From Klebsormidium nitens (taxonomy: Eukaryota; Plantae; Klebsormidiophyceae), in assembly GCA_000708835.1 (NCBI GenBank), contig DF237186.1:62001-126000 (forward strand): 64,000 bases of DNA. Direction: 5' to 3'. Numbering within the stretch: the stretch's first letter is position 1; the number at the start of each line of letters is the position of its first letter. Below are positions 24,101 through 36,532 of this stretch, piece by piece. A model generated the notes under the pieces. The model searched no databases. It had not been told where the DNA came from and saw only the letters and a program-made list of their open reading frames with translations. The position numbers and the translations under genes are program-made.

Positions 24101-27100
24101 AGCGCGCCCACACCGGCTCGCACACTGCGCTTGTCTTGACGTCAGTGCGCGTCTGCTCTATGAAGCGCCCAATCCTGTGCCTTCTGTGAAGTGCGGCTCG
24201 AGAAATACTGCACATTCCTCTAATCTGCCTACTCTAGAAGTTACTGATGCGAGGCTCGTCGCATGATCATCTCCTTGCTCGACATCCGCAAACACCTCAA
24301 GAACTGACGTTGTGCAACTACTGAAAGGCCCGAGGAGCGTAAAGTTACAAACGGCCGCTCACCTGACCGCCTCGCCCGAATCCGCAGATGATGATATGAT
24401 TGCTGATGTCCTCCACCTGCATCGACAGTTTCAAGTCAGGTAGGGAACACGCCAGATCTACGGATCATCCACTGCGGCCAGCTTCCCTTATCAACATCCA
24501 ACGAACGTCTCTCAAACCACACCGATCCTCGGAATCCAAACGCAGCACAGCTTCTAGATTTTGGACTCGTTTCGTCGACAGGTTCCCGTGCCATTCTCTA
24601 CGGAAAGAATGAGCAGACGTGGTCTTCGATCACCCGGAGTTTTCATCAGGTGCTTCTGCAATCTCTTTATTATCAGTCGTTATTACAGCGGCAACTTGGT
24701 GAGGTCTTCTCCTTGCTAACTTGTTTTCAGCGATTTGACATTTCTTAATGCGGACCCCAGCCGCTCGCGAGATGAACTCTCGCCCAAAATGCAGAGTACC
24801 TATATACAAACTAGGATCCTTCTAGGAAAGTCTGGCCCCTTCACAGGGGCGAGGGCGCAAATTTTAGACGAGCTACTGCTCAAGCAGAACGAGAAGAAAA
24901 CGAGGGTACCGCAAAGGTCTCATGTATGGGTTCATTGCAGGCAATTAGAAGCCGCACCTCGGTTTCCTTGGGCCGCAGTGTCTCGATGTTGTTGGTCTCC
25001 AGCTTCTCGTACTTGCTGGCCAGCCACTTGCCAAAGTCCGCCAGGAACGGCGTCAGCGCCATGGAGAGGCCCACGATCAAGAACAGCATGGACGACAGGT
25101 CCTTGGTGATGATGCCCTGCGGAACGGCGAATGGAGGTGTTCAATTTTCGGGTTTAGGGTAAAAGGTTGCCCAGTTTGCAGAGAGAGGTTGAGTGGAATC
25201 GGCTCCGTAGACGCGTCAGCTCCACGGAGAGGCCCACAATCAAGAACAGCATGGACGACGGATCCTTTGGTAATGATGCCCTGCGGAGTGGTCAACGGAA
25301 GATTTAGGGTTCAGGGTTCTAAGCGCCCAATAAGCCCAGATTGCAGCAGAGATCGGGTGGAATCCGCTTTCCAGAAGACAGGTCCTTTCCTTGGTTGTGA
25401 TGCCCTGAAGGGTGGTGAAAAAGTCTTCGCGGATGCTCGATCTGCGGCAAGAGAATAAGTGAAACCCACTCTCTGCTTTGTGATTGATGGCGGACCGTCT
25501 GATGCAAGACCACAGCATGACGATCATTGCTGCGAGGACGGAAGCGAGGACCCGGAAAGTAAGAAATGAGGCCACTGCCGATCTGCCGTCACACCAATGA
25601 CACGACTCTTGAGCTGGTCCAGCACCTAAAGTAAAAGAGCGAAAGTTCCATCAAGAGAAGCAGGCAGCATAAGAGGCCAGAGCTTTGAGTAGTCACAGCT
25701 TTAGCCGATCAAAAGCTTGCGATGTTCACCTCTTAATAGTGTCTTCCAAGGAGTGGACTAGTTTCAAGCTGTCCCACTGTGTCGCAAATGTGACCGCCTC
25801 ACTGGACCTCTTCCTCGACATGAATCCTCTCATACGGCTAAGATCATCCGTATCCAGCAGCAACCGGTTAGCTCATGCACACGCTCAAAACAGAAGCGCC
25901 TTACGAAGGTGATGCGATGGTTAGAGAATCTCTCTTCCCAAGGCCCGGTTCAAAAGCGGCCGAAAACGGCGACCATCCTACCTGCGAGACCGACTCCTTG
26001 AAGGCCACGAACGCGAACTCGCCCCCCGGAGCGAGCATCATACCGGCCCTAGTAGCGGCCACGAGACTCATCCCGAAGTAGCGCCCAGCGCCCGCAACAA
26101 TGGCGGTCTTCCCGACGAGGAGAAGGGCGATGCCGCCGAAGACGGTGACGGGGTGGGCCGCGAGGAGGCGCAGGTTGATGGCCATGCCGACCTGCGGAAT
26201 GGGGTTAAGAAGTGGGCTAGCGCGGACGTTTGTGCACTCGAAATGGAAATTATCATTCGGGTCATTTTGGATTTGCCTGATGTCAACGATGGGTGACAAG
26301 GGGGGCGGTGAGCGGGAATAGGTTGATGGCCATGCGTTTAAGTTGGTGGGTTGATGCAAGAGGTTTGAATCGATTCAGCGACCTAAGGACGAGACGAAGG
26401 TGGTGACAGACGGCCCTACTTGACGGTCATGCTGACGTGAGGGATGGGATGGAAGAAGTGGGTAACAGGGAAATCTGCATACGGTCGAGTGATTTCACGT
26501 CGAGATTGATTGCCGCCTGAAAGAGTGGAACGGGAACAAGTGCAGGATTGAAAAGAGGAAGATTGGGATTCGTAGAATGATGCCGACATGCAGGCTGTTG
26601 TACAGAGAGGCAAACAGAGATGCCTTATATAATTCACGAGTGACGGCAATGCTCTAGTTCTCCACTCTCCCAGCAGAGCAGATTCGCAGCTTACCGTTTG
26701 GAAGAAGAGCCCGAGGAGGAGACCCTTGTAAGGGGAGATGTCGGACTCGACTTGGAGCGCGAACTCGGTCTCCGCCATGAGCAGCCCCGAGATGAAGGCG
26801 CCAAGAGCCATGGAAAGGCCAGCCTGCATCGAATGCATGCGAACAAGCGTTAAGGTTTGCAGTCGACGAAATATGCTGGATTTTGCGGGATCACTTGCGC
26901 GAGCGTGCACCTGCTGACTCTGCATTCATACATAGAACACTCCCCAGAAGTGGGTCGTAAAACTGAGAATTTTCAACCTGCAGTCCTGGCGTGATGGTCA
27001 TTGTTTGAAGAGCGTTTGGGCACGTGGGCCCCAGAGACAGAGACAGGCACGTCGGCCAGTTCAGTGTGACAGACTTTCAGCCCTCTCCGTGAACATGGAC

Positions 27101-30100
27101 TCTTACCATTTCAGTAAGCATAGAGCAAGGGATGCGAGAGAAATAGAGCAAGGGATGCGAAAGTCAGGACATTGCGGGGTCGCGAATGAGCAGTCTCTTG
27201 CCTGAATGGATTTCTGCATACAATCTGGCGGCCGATCGTTTTATCTCTCAAGGACCTGTAGTGCTTTTAAGGTAGGATAGGACCAGGCTCCGTGAAGAAG
27301 TAGGTTAGGGCTGCTGACCTTGAGTGTGACGAAGCTGACGGCAAGGACGAGGAAAAGCGAGGTGGAGGCGAGGATCTCGGGGTTGCGGCTGTTTGTGACC
27401 ACCTTGTAGATGGGTTGCAAGATCTGCACACAGCAGAAAAGAGTCAAGTCGATGCTCGCCAGAGTCCGTCAAATCAACCGTACGACGTATTCGTTCTGGA
27501 TACAATTGGCTCTTTCTTTTCCATTATTATCGGGTGGTACACAGTGGGGGGGCTTCATGCGTTTTTATGGGAGGCACGGCTTCAGCCTAAAACCAGTCTT
27601 CCCTTTTTTCCTTGCGTTTGATTTCTTTCTGCCATACTTCAGTCAACGACACGCGTGCTACCATGCGTGACGCGCACTCCGAGAGCACCTTCTCTTGCTC
27701 GCTCGTGCTTTGCAGGAGGCTCAGTTCAGAGCAGGTCGCAATAGAGACTCAAAGCTCAGGGAAGAACGGGTACAGCAACAGGAAAAGGAGAGCCAATGTT
27801 TGGATGACGCCTTCACGAACGCGAGGAGGCCAGTCCAATAAAGAAAAGCGATAAGGATGTCCATGAGCTTTAAGCCGGTCGGAAGAAATCAAACAAAGAC
27901 GCTGGTGATCAGGGAACCAAACTAGTAGATGATGCAGTGACCAAAGGGAAGTCTTACTTTTCTACCCGCCACGACGATGAGCGAGACGAACGTCACGGCC
28001 TTCAAGGCGGCAATGCCCAACTGCCGGAACACATTGGCAAGCCCCAGCTGCAGACAAGCAGAAGAAGATTCAAACAGGGGAGGGTGTGCCGTGTCGAGAT
28101 TCGTCCATTCCGAGCTGAGCCGTCGTTTCGTTAAAGGTGCCAAGCTGATTGTTGAGGCATACTGGACAAAAACAGGAACAGGTCGCCAGCTGATTCTGAG
28201 CCCACCACGTTCGACCTTGGCTTGACCTTTACAAGCTTCTTTGGCAGTTCCTTGCCAAGGAAGCCAAATTTGGCAGTTCCTTGCCAAAGGAAGCCAAAGA
28301 CGGTTCTCTCTTTTGATCAGGAACGTTTTCGAAAGCATTGGCGGAGCAGTCCACTTCTGCGACGTGCAATGGGACAGCAATCACAAGCAATTACAATTAT
28401 CCCTGCCACATCATTGTTTTGACGCGGCCGCGACTGCGATACCGCTGCCTCACAGACGCCCGCACTTGACTTTGCCAACTCCTTCCAATAGCAAAGGCTT
28501 TGGATGCCCAAGGTGATCACGGAGACCACATTTCCACATTTACCAGACTTGTCGCATGCACAATGGAAGGCCGATCTGTGCTGAACGAAGCAGACAGCCG
28601 CCGAAGCGATACCAACAGATCGAGCGTCAAGCGGCTCACCCCAGAGCTCTGGCTCTTGGGCGACATGAGCGGGATGATGATCAGCAACAGAACCACGAAG
28701 AGATCCTGCACGGACGCACCTTACATCACGTTAACATGCGACCAAGACAACAGGTAATGTCAGCTCGGTCTTGAATTACAAGTGATTGTGGTCTTTCCAA
28801 AGCTTAAGAACCTTCCGCCAGAGCGGACTTCGAGACGGTTGTGCTCTACACTCGACGAAGGAGGACCACTTGTTGGGTATGATCCAAGGAAAGTGAGACC
28901 CGCGTCGAGCACCAAGGCCCGCGCCGAGCACCAATACAAGGGACCTTCAAGTAACCGAAGCCAGTCCCAACTATAGAAGAGCTGTCAGCACTTTCAGACG
29001 GGGACGGATGATAAACTGGGCATCAAGGGCGACAGACAGTCGCAAGATCTCCCTACAAGGGTTTTTCCCCCTGTAGCCTCCAGGTTGCTTGTCCTGAGAC
29101 TGCCTTTTTAGAACCTCAAAAAGTACGTACGCATGCTGACACCCATCCGACCTGCCGACTACAAAGCCCATGACGCGGTTGATCCCCGGTCCCCGTTCTC
29201 CTTTCCTTGCCCCTCACCTGGAAGAGCAGGACTCCGAAAGCGCCCCGCCCGTGCTTGGTTTGAATCTCGTTTTTATCCCGCAGAACTTGGATCGCAACTG
29301 CGGTGGACGAGAGGGCGAGCCCTGCGCCCACGACCACTGCTGCGGGGACGGCCATCCCGAACAAGTAGTGGGCGACGCCGCCAGTGAAGGCGATGGTGGG
29401 GAGGACCTATGATGACGGAGAAATTGCAAAATCAAGGTTCGAACGGGATACTAGAGCAGGTTGCGACGGACTTGCGACAATGGCAACTCGAAGCAAAAGT
29501 GTCTCGCGCAGACTTCTGAAAACGATCAGAAAGGTCTCAGGCGAACACCAACAGACCTCTGAGACGTCTACAGAGGAAAACGGAAGCATTACCACTTGGT
29601 CATGACAAAATCATGCTCCTTAGGTACGACCAGTCAGCCATTCAGGGAGCCGAGAAATGCACCAGGCGAAGGAACATGCGGACTTAGACAGGCTCTGGGA
29701 CCAGGACGTTTTGGCAGTGTAACGGAGCTTACCTGGGCAACGCCTAGCCCGAAAACGAGCTTCTGCATGTTCAGGATCTTCTCAATGGACAACTGCAAAA
29801 GGCAAAACGCGAAGGTGAGATCCTTGAATTCCTCCAGCGTCAAAGGCAGGATGACACGGGCTTGCAGAACGTGAGAACGTGAGGACACTCATATGGCGGA
29901 TGGTGCTGCTCAACCGAAAGCTGGAAACTCCTGGAAAACCGGCCCGCAAAAAGGGAACGTGCAGAGACCAGTAAAGCTCGGCGACTCCAAAACCCACAGC
30001 GCAGTTGGTCAGTCGCCCTCATGGACCACACGGTGCACAACACTTACTGCGATTTGGGCTTCCATTTTACAGATTACCAGACGCCGTGAACCAACGTGCA

Positions 30101-33100
30101 TCTACGCCCTCGATAACAATTTCGAGCCGAGACTAGACCTTGACTCGTAGAAATTGTGGCGTCAGTTCTAAACGATGCTACTGGCCCAGCCCCTTTTCAA
30201 TGTTGTCCAGACAGAGTCCAAGAAATGATAGTGGCTGCTTTGTCAATCAACAGCGGCTGATAGCTTCAAATAAATGCAGCAACTTTTAATCTTTGAAAGC
30301 TCGACTCGGGGTCAATGGGAACAACGCATACCTCCAACCCGATGTTGAAGAGGAGGAAGACAACGCCGATCTCTGCGAGTGCCTCCGTGGCATGAATGTG
30401 CTTCACGAGGCCCAGGCCATGAGGCCCGATGATGACGCCAGCAACCAGGTACCCGAGCAACGGAGACTCTGCACTCGATTGATAGATGGAACATAGTCAG
30501 AAAACCACAGGAACCAAGAGTCGAGGTGTAGTACTGAGGGGAGGCTCAATTCCATTAGGGCTTTGCCTGTCGTGTTCTTCATAGAGGCCCTCGTCCGAGA
30601 GAAAAAGCAAGTAGAGATGTGGCGCGACGTTGTCGAACAGCTCGTCGCAAGCAACCAGATTTACGGGCCAGGACTTTCTTAGGATGGAGACTTGTTCCTG
30701 TGACGGGTACAAGTGATGCCGGAGGCAGACCTTAGGCGCCAGATCTCATTTAAAAAGGTAACTCGAGGAGCATGGAACTCCACCCAGTAGTTGCTTGATC
30801 ACTGATGCCACTGCGCAGCATCACAAAGAACGCGAGGATTCCGCGTGGATCGCTGCTGCTACCACTAGGCAATATCTAGGGCGCCCTGCTAACAGAAACA
30901 TACCCCAGCCGATCAGATCAACACACCCCTCCGACCAAACGCTGCTCCAATCGGCTTTCAAAAGGCGTCCCACAATCACTGAGTCCCAATGAGAGAAGCT
31001 GCTACACTTCAGAGCGTCTGACAGTCCAACTACTGGAATCGCCCCGGAAACAAACTTTGTGCACTCACTCCCGGGCAGCTTCTGGAAGAGCAGCACGGCG
31101 ATCAACCCGAACAGCAGCAGCACAAGCGCGTCCTTGAGCGTCTTCTCTTCCGCGTGCTCCTTATCCAGGCCCAGAGTCGCCATGACCTGGCGCCCCTGTT
31201 CCGGTAGCTTCTCGACCACTCGCGTCGTGACGTCGTACACCCGGTTGGCCTGGACGGCGACGACACGTGGCGGCTCCGGGAGGAGGACACGTGTCCGTGG
31301 GTGGATGCAGAGGGTCCTGAAGAGGATAGGTGCATTAAGAACAGGAAGCGTATGACAGGATCTGGGGACTCATTCACGGGATACGCGCAACTCCGAGTAT
31401 TTTGAAAACCAAAGCATTTGAGCCTCGTCCGAACGCACGCACCTTGCCTGAATAGGATCCAAAGATGATCATAGATTACCAAAGCTCTACTGGCACGTAC
31501 TTCAACACTGTCCCAAACCCTCTTTATAATCCTCACCAGGACAAAAGACGGCTTTCGAAAAAGTCAACCTTCCAATGGAGCTCCTTACCCTGCGACTGCT
31601 AGGGCCAATGCCACACACACCCCAGGTACGTTACGCCGCACCATGGCGGTCAGTCGGAACAGGACCTTCTCTGCCACAGAGGTTGGCTTCTTCGGCTTGG
31701 TAGCGGTGTCAGGGTCAGCTTCGACCACCTTCGGCGCCGGCGGAGCAACTGCGGCGGCCTTCACTTTGTCTGTAACCGGCTGGTCCTTCAATATTTGCAC
31801 CTGTGCCAAAAGAAGTGGTGCGTGTGAGGCGCTTCTTGTTGCAAGATTGTGAGACGTAACATTGCAGTTTCGCCCCAAACCTGATACCTCACTGAAGGTT
31901 CTGACACACCGACATAGTTGCTTCAAACTTTTATCACCTGATTGAAATCTGTACTAGCTCCTCACTGCAATTTTGCAGCGGATTCGGCGAATCGCTAACG
32001 CCGAAGATGCCCAAAACGACAGGCTTGAGGGGACTACTCTCGGACGGCTCAGACATTCACCAGGACATGGACAGCTGATAAACATTCATGTCTTCGTTCC
32101 CTACAAACACAAGATCTGTTCGCAGCATTCCGCAGCGAGCTCCTTGCTCACCTCCTGTTCGACCACCGCAACCGCCTTAGCCTCAATCGCCTTAGCTGCT
32201 GTCTCCGCCACAGCTAAAACGTTCGGGCTCTCGACAATCGCCTCCTGGATCGCCTTCACCGCTTTTGCGGCTTCTTCCTCATCCTCGGGCCGGATCTGAA
32301 TCTCCACCACTTCCCCGTCTCCCTTGACTTTCTTCGCAGACTTGTAGAGCGCAATTCTTTCTGTGGCTTGCTCGACGAGTTTCTCGACGTCCAGGAAGGC
32401 AGCCTTCGCCGCGCTGACGCTGCTCTGTGCATCCATCTCGCGCTCGACCGCGGCCCCGGCAAGGTCCATGGCTTGCTTCGTTTCTGCGCATCAGGAAAGA
32501 GTCTGATCTGATCTTCCTCCTACAAAAGGTGGTGTAATCAGTGGAAACTGGTATCTGCCAGCAGGATCATTTGTAGCTTAGGCACTGAACGTCGTCACTA
32601 AGGCTATTCCACATCCTCTGATCTGCAACTTTACCCCCGAGCATTACTAAGTTGCTTCACTCCGTCATTTCCTGGCTGTACTGTCACTCCGGCTGACGCT
32701 AGTTCATTGGAGTGAATGTACCTTAACACATGACCAGATTATCATCTCACTCCAAAGTCTGCGGCTTTCCTGAGACGTTATCCACAATGAACCTTCCAAT
32801 TGCAGATGAACCACCAAGAGCACAGCCAAAAGTCGCACCTGCATCAGCTTCGGCGGCGATTCTCTTTGCCTCGTCCACCTCGGTCCTCAGCTGGGCCACC
32901 TGCTTCGCCAGCTCCTCCCGCCTCTTTGAAGCATCACCCAGTCTTTCCTGCGCAGCGCTCAGTTGCGCCCTCCGCCCCTCCACCTTCATCCTCTCTGTCT
33001 CCAGCTCTTGCTGCAGTGCGGCCATGGTGGCGTCCACTGGTTCTGGCTCTGGCTCTGGCTCTGGTTCCTCCTTCTCAGACTCGGACTCGGACTCATCGTC

Positions 33101-34486
33101 TGCATGAGGCTCCAACGGCCTCGTTTCTACGCTTTCTAAGCTGTCACCCGCAATGTCGTGACTGTCGAGATCCGCCACTGCCTCAACCGGCTCTGCAATG
33201 GGGACCACTAAACCCTCTCCCAGGTCCAGCTTGCCGTCCTCCAATGTTGCCCCCTCTAGTTCTTCGACTGCTGTGGCTGGGACAAACGCTTCCGACACTT
33301 CTGCAGCAAGCCGGATAGGCTCTGCGTCTGCTGCATCAGAGAGTCTGCGCGATTCCAGCAAGCTCTGGATGCTCTCCTCTTTCTTGGCCAGCGCAGACTC
33401 GGACAGCTCGAGGGCGTTTTCCGCTTCGCCGACCTCGCGGGCCGCCATAGTCACCTCCTTTTCGACCTCGTCCAGCTGCAAACCAATAGATGCAAAGCTC
33501 GGACAGTTGCTATAAACATGTATTCAAACCCTTTCTTAATAACTTCAGTGATGATCAACTCTCCCAAACATTTTCAACTTCTTATGATGAAACATTAAAG
33601 CAGTGGCCCCCAGTTTACAGACTGAGCTCCATCATTCAAACATCGACAAGTTGTGCGACATCAAGCCTCGAAGCGATTGACGGAGCCAGAAGATCTCAAT
33701 TGCCAGCACTGAAAGTGTTCACATCATGCGGACACAGAAGGAGAGATGCAGAAAACAGAAGTTTCAGGTCGCAGATTAGATAGTGGCGCAAGAGAGCTAA
33801 GCAGACAGCTCCCGCAACCGACCGCATTTCACTGAAAACAATTGAGCAAGCGTGTCTTCTTTTACCTTGGCAGCTGTTGCATCGCACTCATCCTGCTTGC
33901 TTGCAGCTTCCTCATTCAAAAGGACCGCTCTCTCTGCAACCGCTTGCGCCGCTTCTTCTAACTTGCTCCTGTGCTCCCTGGCCTCTTCCTCCTCTTTAAT
34001 TGCATCTTCCCACTCCACCCTTGCATTCTCCAGAGCCGAGAAAGGAGGTTCCCCCTTCCCGTCAGGATGCTCAATCGTATCATCGGCACCATTATCTGCG
34101 CTACCACTCGTTCCATTAGAAGCGCTGCTCACAGCCTGTGCCTTGGTTTGCTCAGGAGCACTGGAACCCTCCTTTTCTTGCGTTGGGGCATCAGTTTCGA
34201 CAATTTCCGCCCTACACAGTCCAGATCTGTGGCTCCTCCTGGTGGATAAGGTGCGTGAGAACACATCAATTTTGAGAAGGGATGGGGCAGACAAGGGGCT
34301 GAAAGTACGACCTTGGCATAGTCTCTTCGAAGGTGGGATGAGAAAGTGCAACCGCGCAGAAGTGCAGCCACTGGCGATGGGTGGTTCACTTGCTGGTATA
34401 CTCCTCTTTGGACAGCGAGTGTTTGCAAAGTGGCAATTGGATAGAAGGCCGGGCGCTGAACCCAGTTGTAGCACATGAGAAGCCAT
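21102..34486 (-). CDS. KEA1/2: Chloroplast K+ efflux antiporter, KEA1/KEA2 clade (coiled-coil N-terminus, CPA2 TM domain, KTN/RCK domain), about 1273 aa, 20 exons
   Basis: Exons 34486-33866, 33475-32839, 32483-32152, 31800-31589, 31316-31069, 30468-30332, 29792-29733, 29406-29218, 28705-28640, 28047-27958, 27423-27319, 26823-26695, 26191-25982, 25116-24958, 24416-24363, 23857-23799, 23314-23174, 22346-22187, 21645-21565, 21233-21102; all phase-consistent GT-AG. Motifs [134 protein letters not shown]. Confidence 0.96.
21940..22210 (-). repeat. Echo of KEA exon-18 end + donor (129 bp period)
   Basis: Plus-strand gctcaccgtcccgaggatagcgg (22181) versus gctcaccgtcccaaggatcgcgg (22052), with a possible fainter copy at about 21942. 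Confidence 0.8.
22300..22930 (-). repeat. Five-copy tandem array of KEA exon-18 acceptor + exon start (about 115-143 bp period), decaying away from the exon
   Basis: Plus-strand gtccatcttgtggatctcgtacacggttctgcag (functional, acceptor 22347-22348) is echoed at about 22461-22493, 22588-22620, 22734-22762 and 22847-22880. The trailing intronic ttaa(t/c)gataat...gcatcgtt segment is also repeated. Confidence 0.9.
25040..25420 (-). repeat. Three copies of KEA exon-14 acceptor + exon start (164 and 124 bp periods)
   Basis: Plus-strand ggagaggcccacgatcaagaacagcatggacgacaggtccttggtgatgatgccctgcgga (functional) versus ggagaggcccacaatcaagaacagcatggacgacggatcctttggtaatgatgccctgcgga (25226-25287) and gacaggtcctttccttggttgtgatgccctgaag (about 25377-25410). 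Confidence 0.9.
26170..26340 (-). repeat. Short echo of KEA exon-13 start in the upstream intron (148 bp period)
   Basis: ggttgatggccatgc is identical at 26173-26187 (exon) and 26321-26335 (intron). Confidence 0.65.
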
Positions 34487-36532
34487 ACCGACCTAGCAGG
34501 ATCAGTAACAGCAAACTTCACATCATCAGCTGCTGCGGCTCTTCATGGACAATCTTAACATCTCAGAACTCCCCAACCTCGTGTAGGGTATTCAAGGAGC
34601 TTGCAGAAGGGGTCAACAGCCAACATGGGTTGCAAGCTGCCCATGGAAGTGACGCAGCGATGCGATCTAGCCGCCTTTCTAAGTTTTCCACCTGGTTCTC
34701 ACCCTGCATTCAAGTTCCTGGTTTGGGAACAGCGTCGGTAGTCCTGACTCAAACTTAGAGGCCGGAGAACGGAGAGGCTAAAAAGTGGGAATAGGCAGAT
34801 AAGGGAAAATATAGAGGCAGACTTGGGAAAAAAGAGAATTTCCTTTAGAGGGGGAAGAAAAAGGCATAGAAAGAAGAGGGGGGATACGGAAAGGAGGGGG
34901 GATCGCCGTGGTCACATGAGGAGTCTGTACTCTTGAACAGATAATGAAAACGCGTCGCGTACTCCCATGAATGCGTACTTTCTGCAGTCTGAGTTTGCTT
35001 ATCTTGAAGAGGGAGAAGGGAGAGCCGTGGATGTCCATCGCACGGCTCAAATTCATCGAGTCCCACGCATTCTTTTTTTTAAGATTTTTTACTCTCTTTC
35101 GTGGATGCGTGAAGCTTTTTGCCAAACCGGATAGGGTGCTTGGACTTCAGCGGAACCTTAGCGGAACACCGGAAATCGAAAGGTCCACGGTGCGAGCCCG
35201 AGCTTGGAAGGGTCATCTTTTCGAAGAAAGTGATGAGTACGGTGCGAGTTGTACGCTTCGACCCTAAAACCCTAAATCCCTGTAAAACTGGCCCCTGTGA
35301 CCCTACGACCTGAAGCCTGAGAAGGAGCAAATCACTCTATGCTGTTATCTTTGCCCAGTCTGTAAAAGCGACCAGACTGGTTTCCGCTCCTCCTAGGGCG
35401 TAACGCCAGTCGAGAACCTCCAGTATGTTGTATGTATATGACAGATAATGTAAGCGTTACCTCCGGGAGGGGGACTTTCCCTCACTATGTAAATGTATAC
35501 ACCTATACGTCGATGTTTCATGTACACTGTACGGTGCACTGAACACTGAAAACCGAACGCAGATTCTGCAGGAAAACGGAAGGTTATGCACCGTCGATAG
35601 AGGAGTGAGGTGCTAGCATTGACGGCAGAAACCCGTCCGTTTAGAAGGACGAAGTCTAACTCTTTCCTGACCGTCGATCTTGTGGATCTCATGGTGACAA
35701 CGCTTCCAAAGAAGGATGCGCAATTAGGTACTGACTTCTGAGTCCTGGCTGAGACATGAGTACCTGCATAGTACATATCTTAGGCCTCTAGATAGTATAG
35801 GCATGTGTGCGATTCTAAGATTCGGCCGCCTTGCTTCGATGTAGGATTCCTACATGGGATGTTGCTGTGGCCAACAACCTGACAACTTGCTGACAATCTC
35901 ATCTACAAGTGGTGCTTCGGCCCGGTCGTTTAATGTCACTTATGATTCGTTGTTAGGTAGATAGGGCTGAAGTATGTCGCAATTGCAACAAAGTGTTTGT
36001 ATTAGAATCGACCATGATATGCGACATATTCAACATATGGATGCAGCATGCACCTTCGCTATGGCATGCACTGGCCAACTCCATTTTACAAAGAGGTCAT
36101 GAGTCTTGTCACACATGATGATACAGACTGTGCTCATTTGTCATCTTGGCATGCGACAGATAAACGATCACCCACCGAAGGAAAGGATTGGTCATAAGAT
36201 CTGAACGAGATTAGCATGGGCTTCAAACAAGCCCTCATAACGGTGAACATGGAAAGACCCCGGGCCCTGAATCTTTTGACTTCAAACATAACAACGCGAC
36301 AGTCCATACAATCCTTTCAAATTGCATACATCCTATTAATAATGCGACTAAACTTCATTTGTGAATTTTGACTCAAAAGTATAATCGCCTTAGCAACGCC
36401 AGAAAGCTTTGTTCTAACTTTACACAAGTGTACACTAACGCCCTTTCTATTGCAATCCGCAAGAGCCAAAGAATAACAAGCGCTTATAAGTTGGCTCATC
36501 TAAAGCATGTACCGGAAACACCAGAATGCGAC

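Noticed and set aside
35261-35276. Telomere-type TTTAGGG/CCCTAAA words (tandem telo-box-like at 35261-35276; singles at 15875, 25153, 25303, 41526, 53086, 57804, 58301)
   Set aside because: Mostly isolated heptamers, only modestly above chance for 64 kb. There is no interstitial telomeric array, and the single tandem instance is too weak to call.
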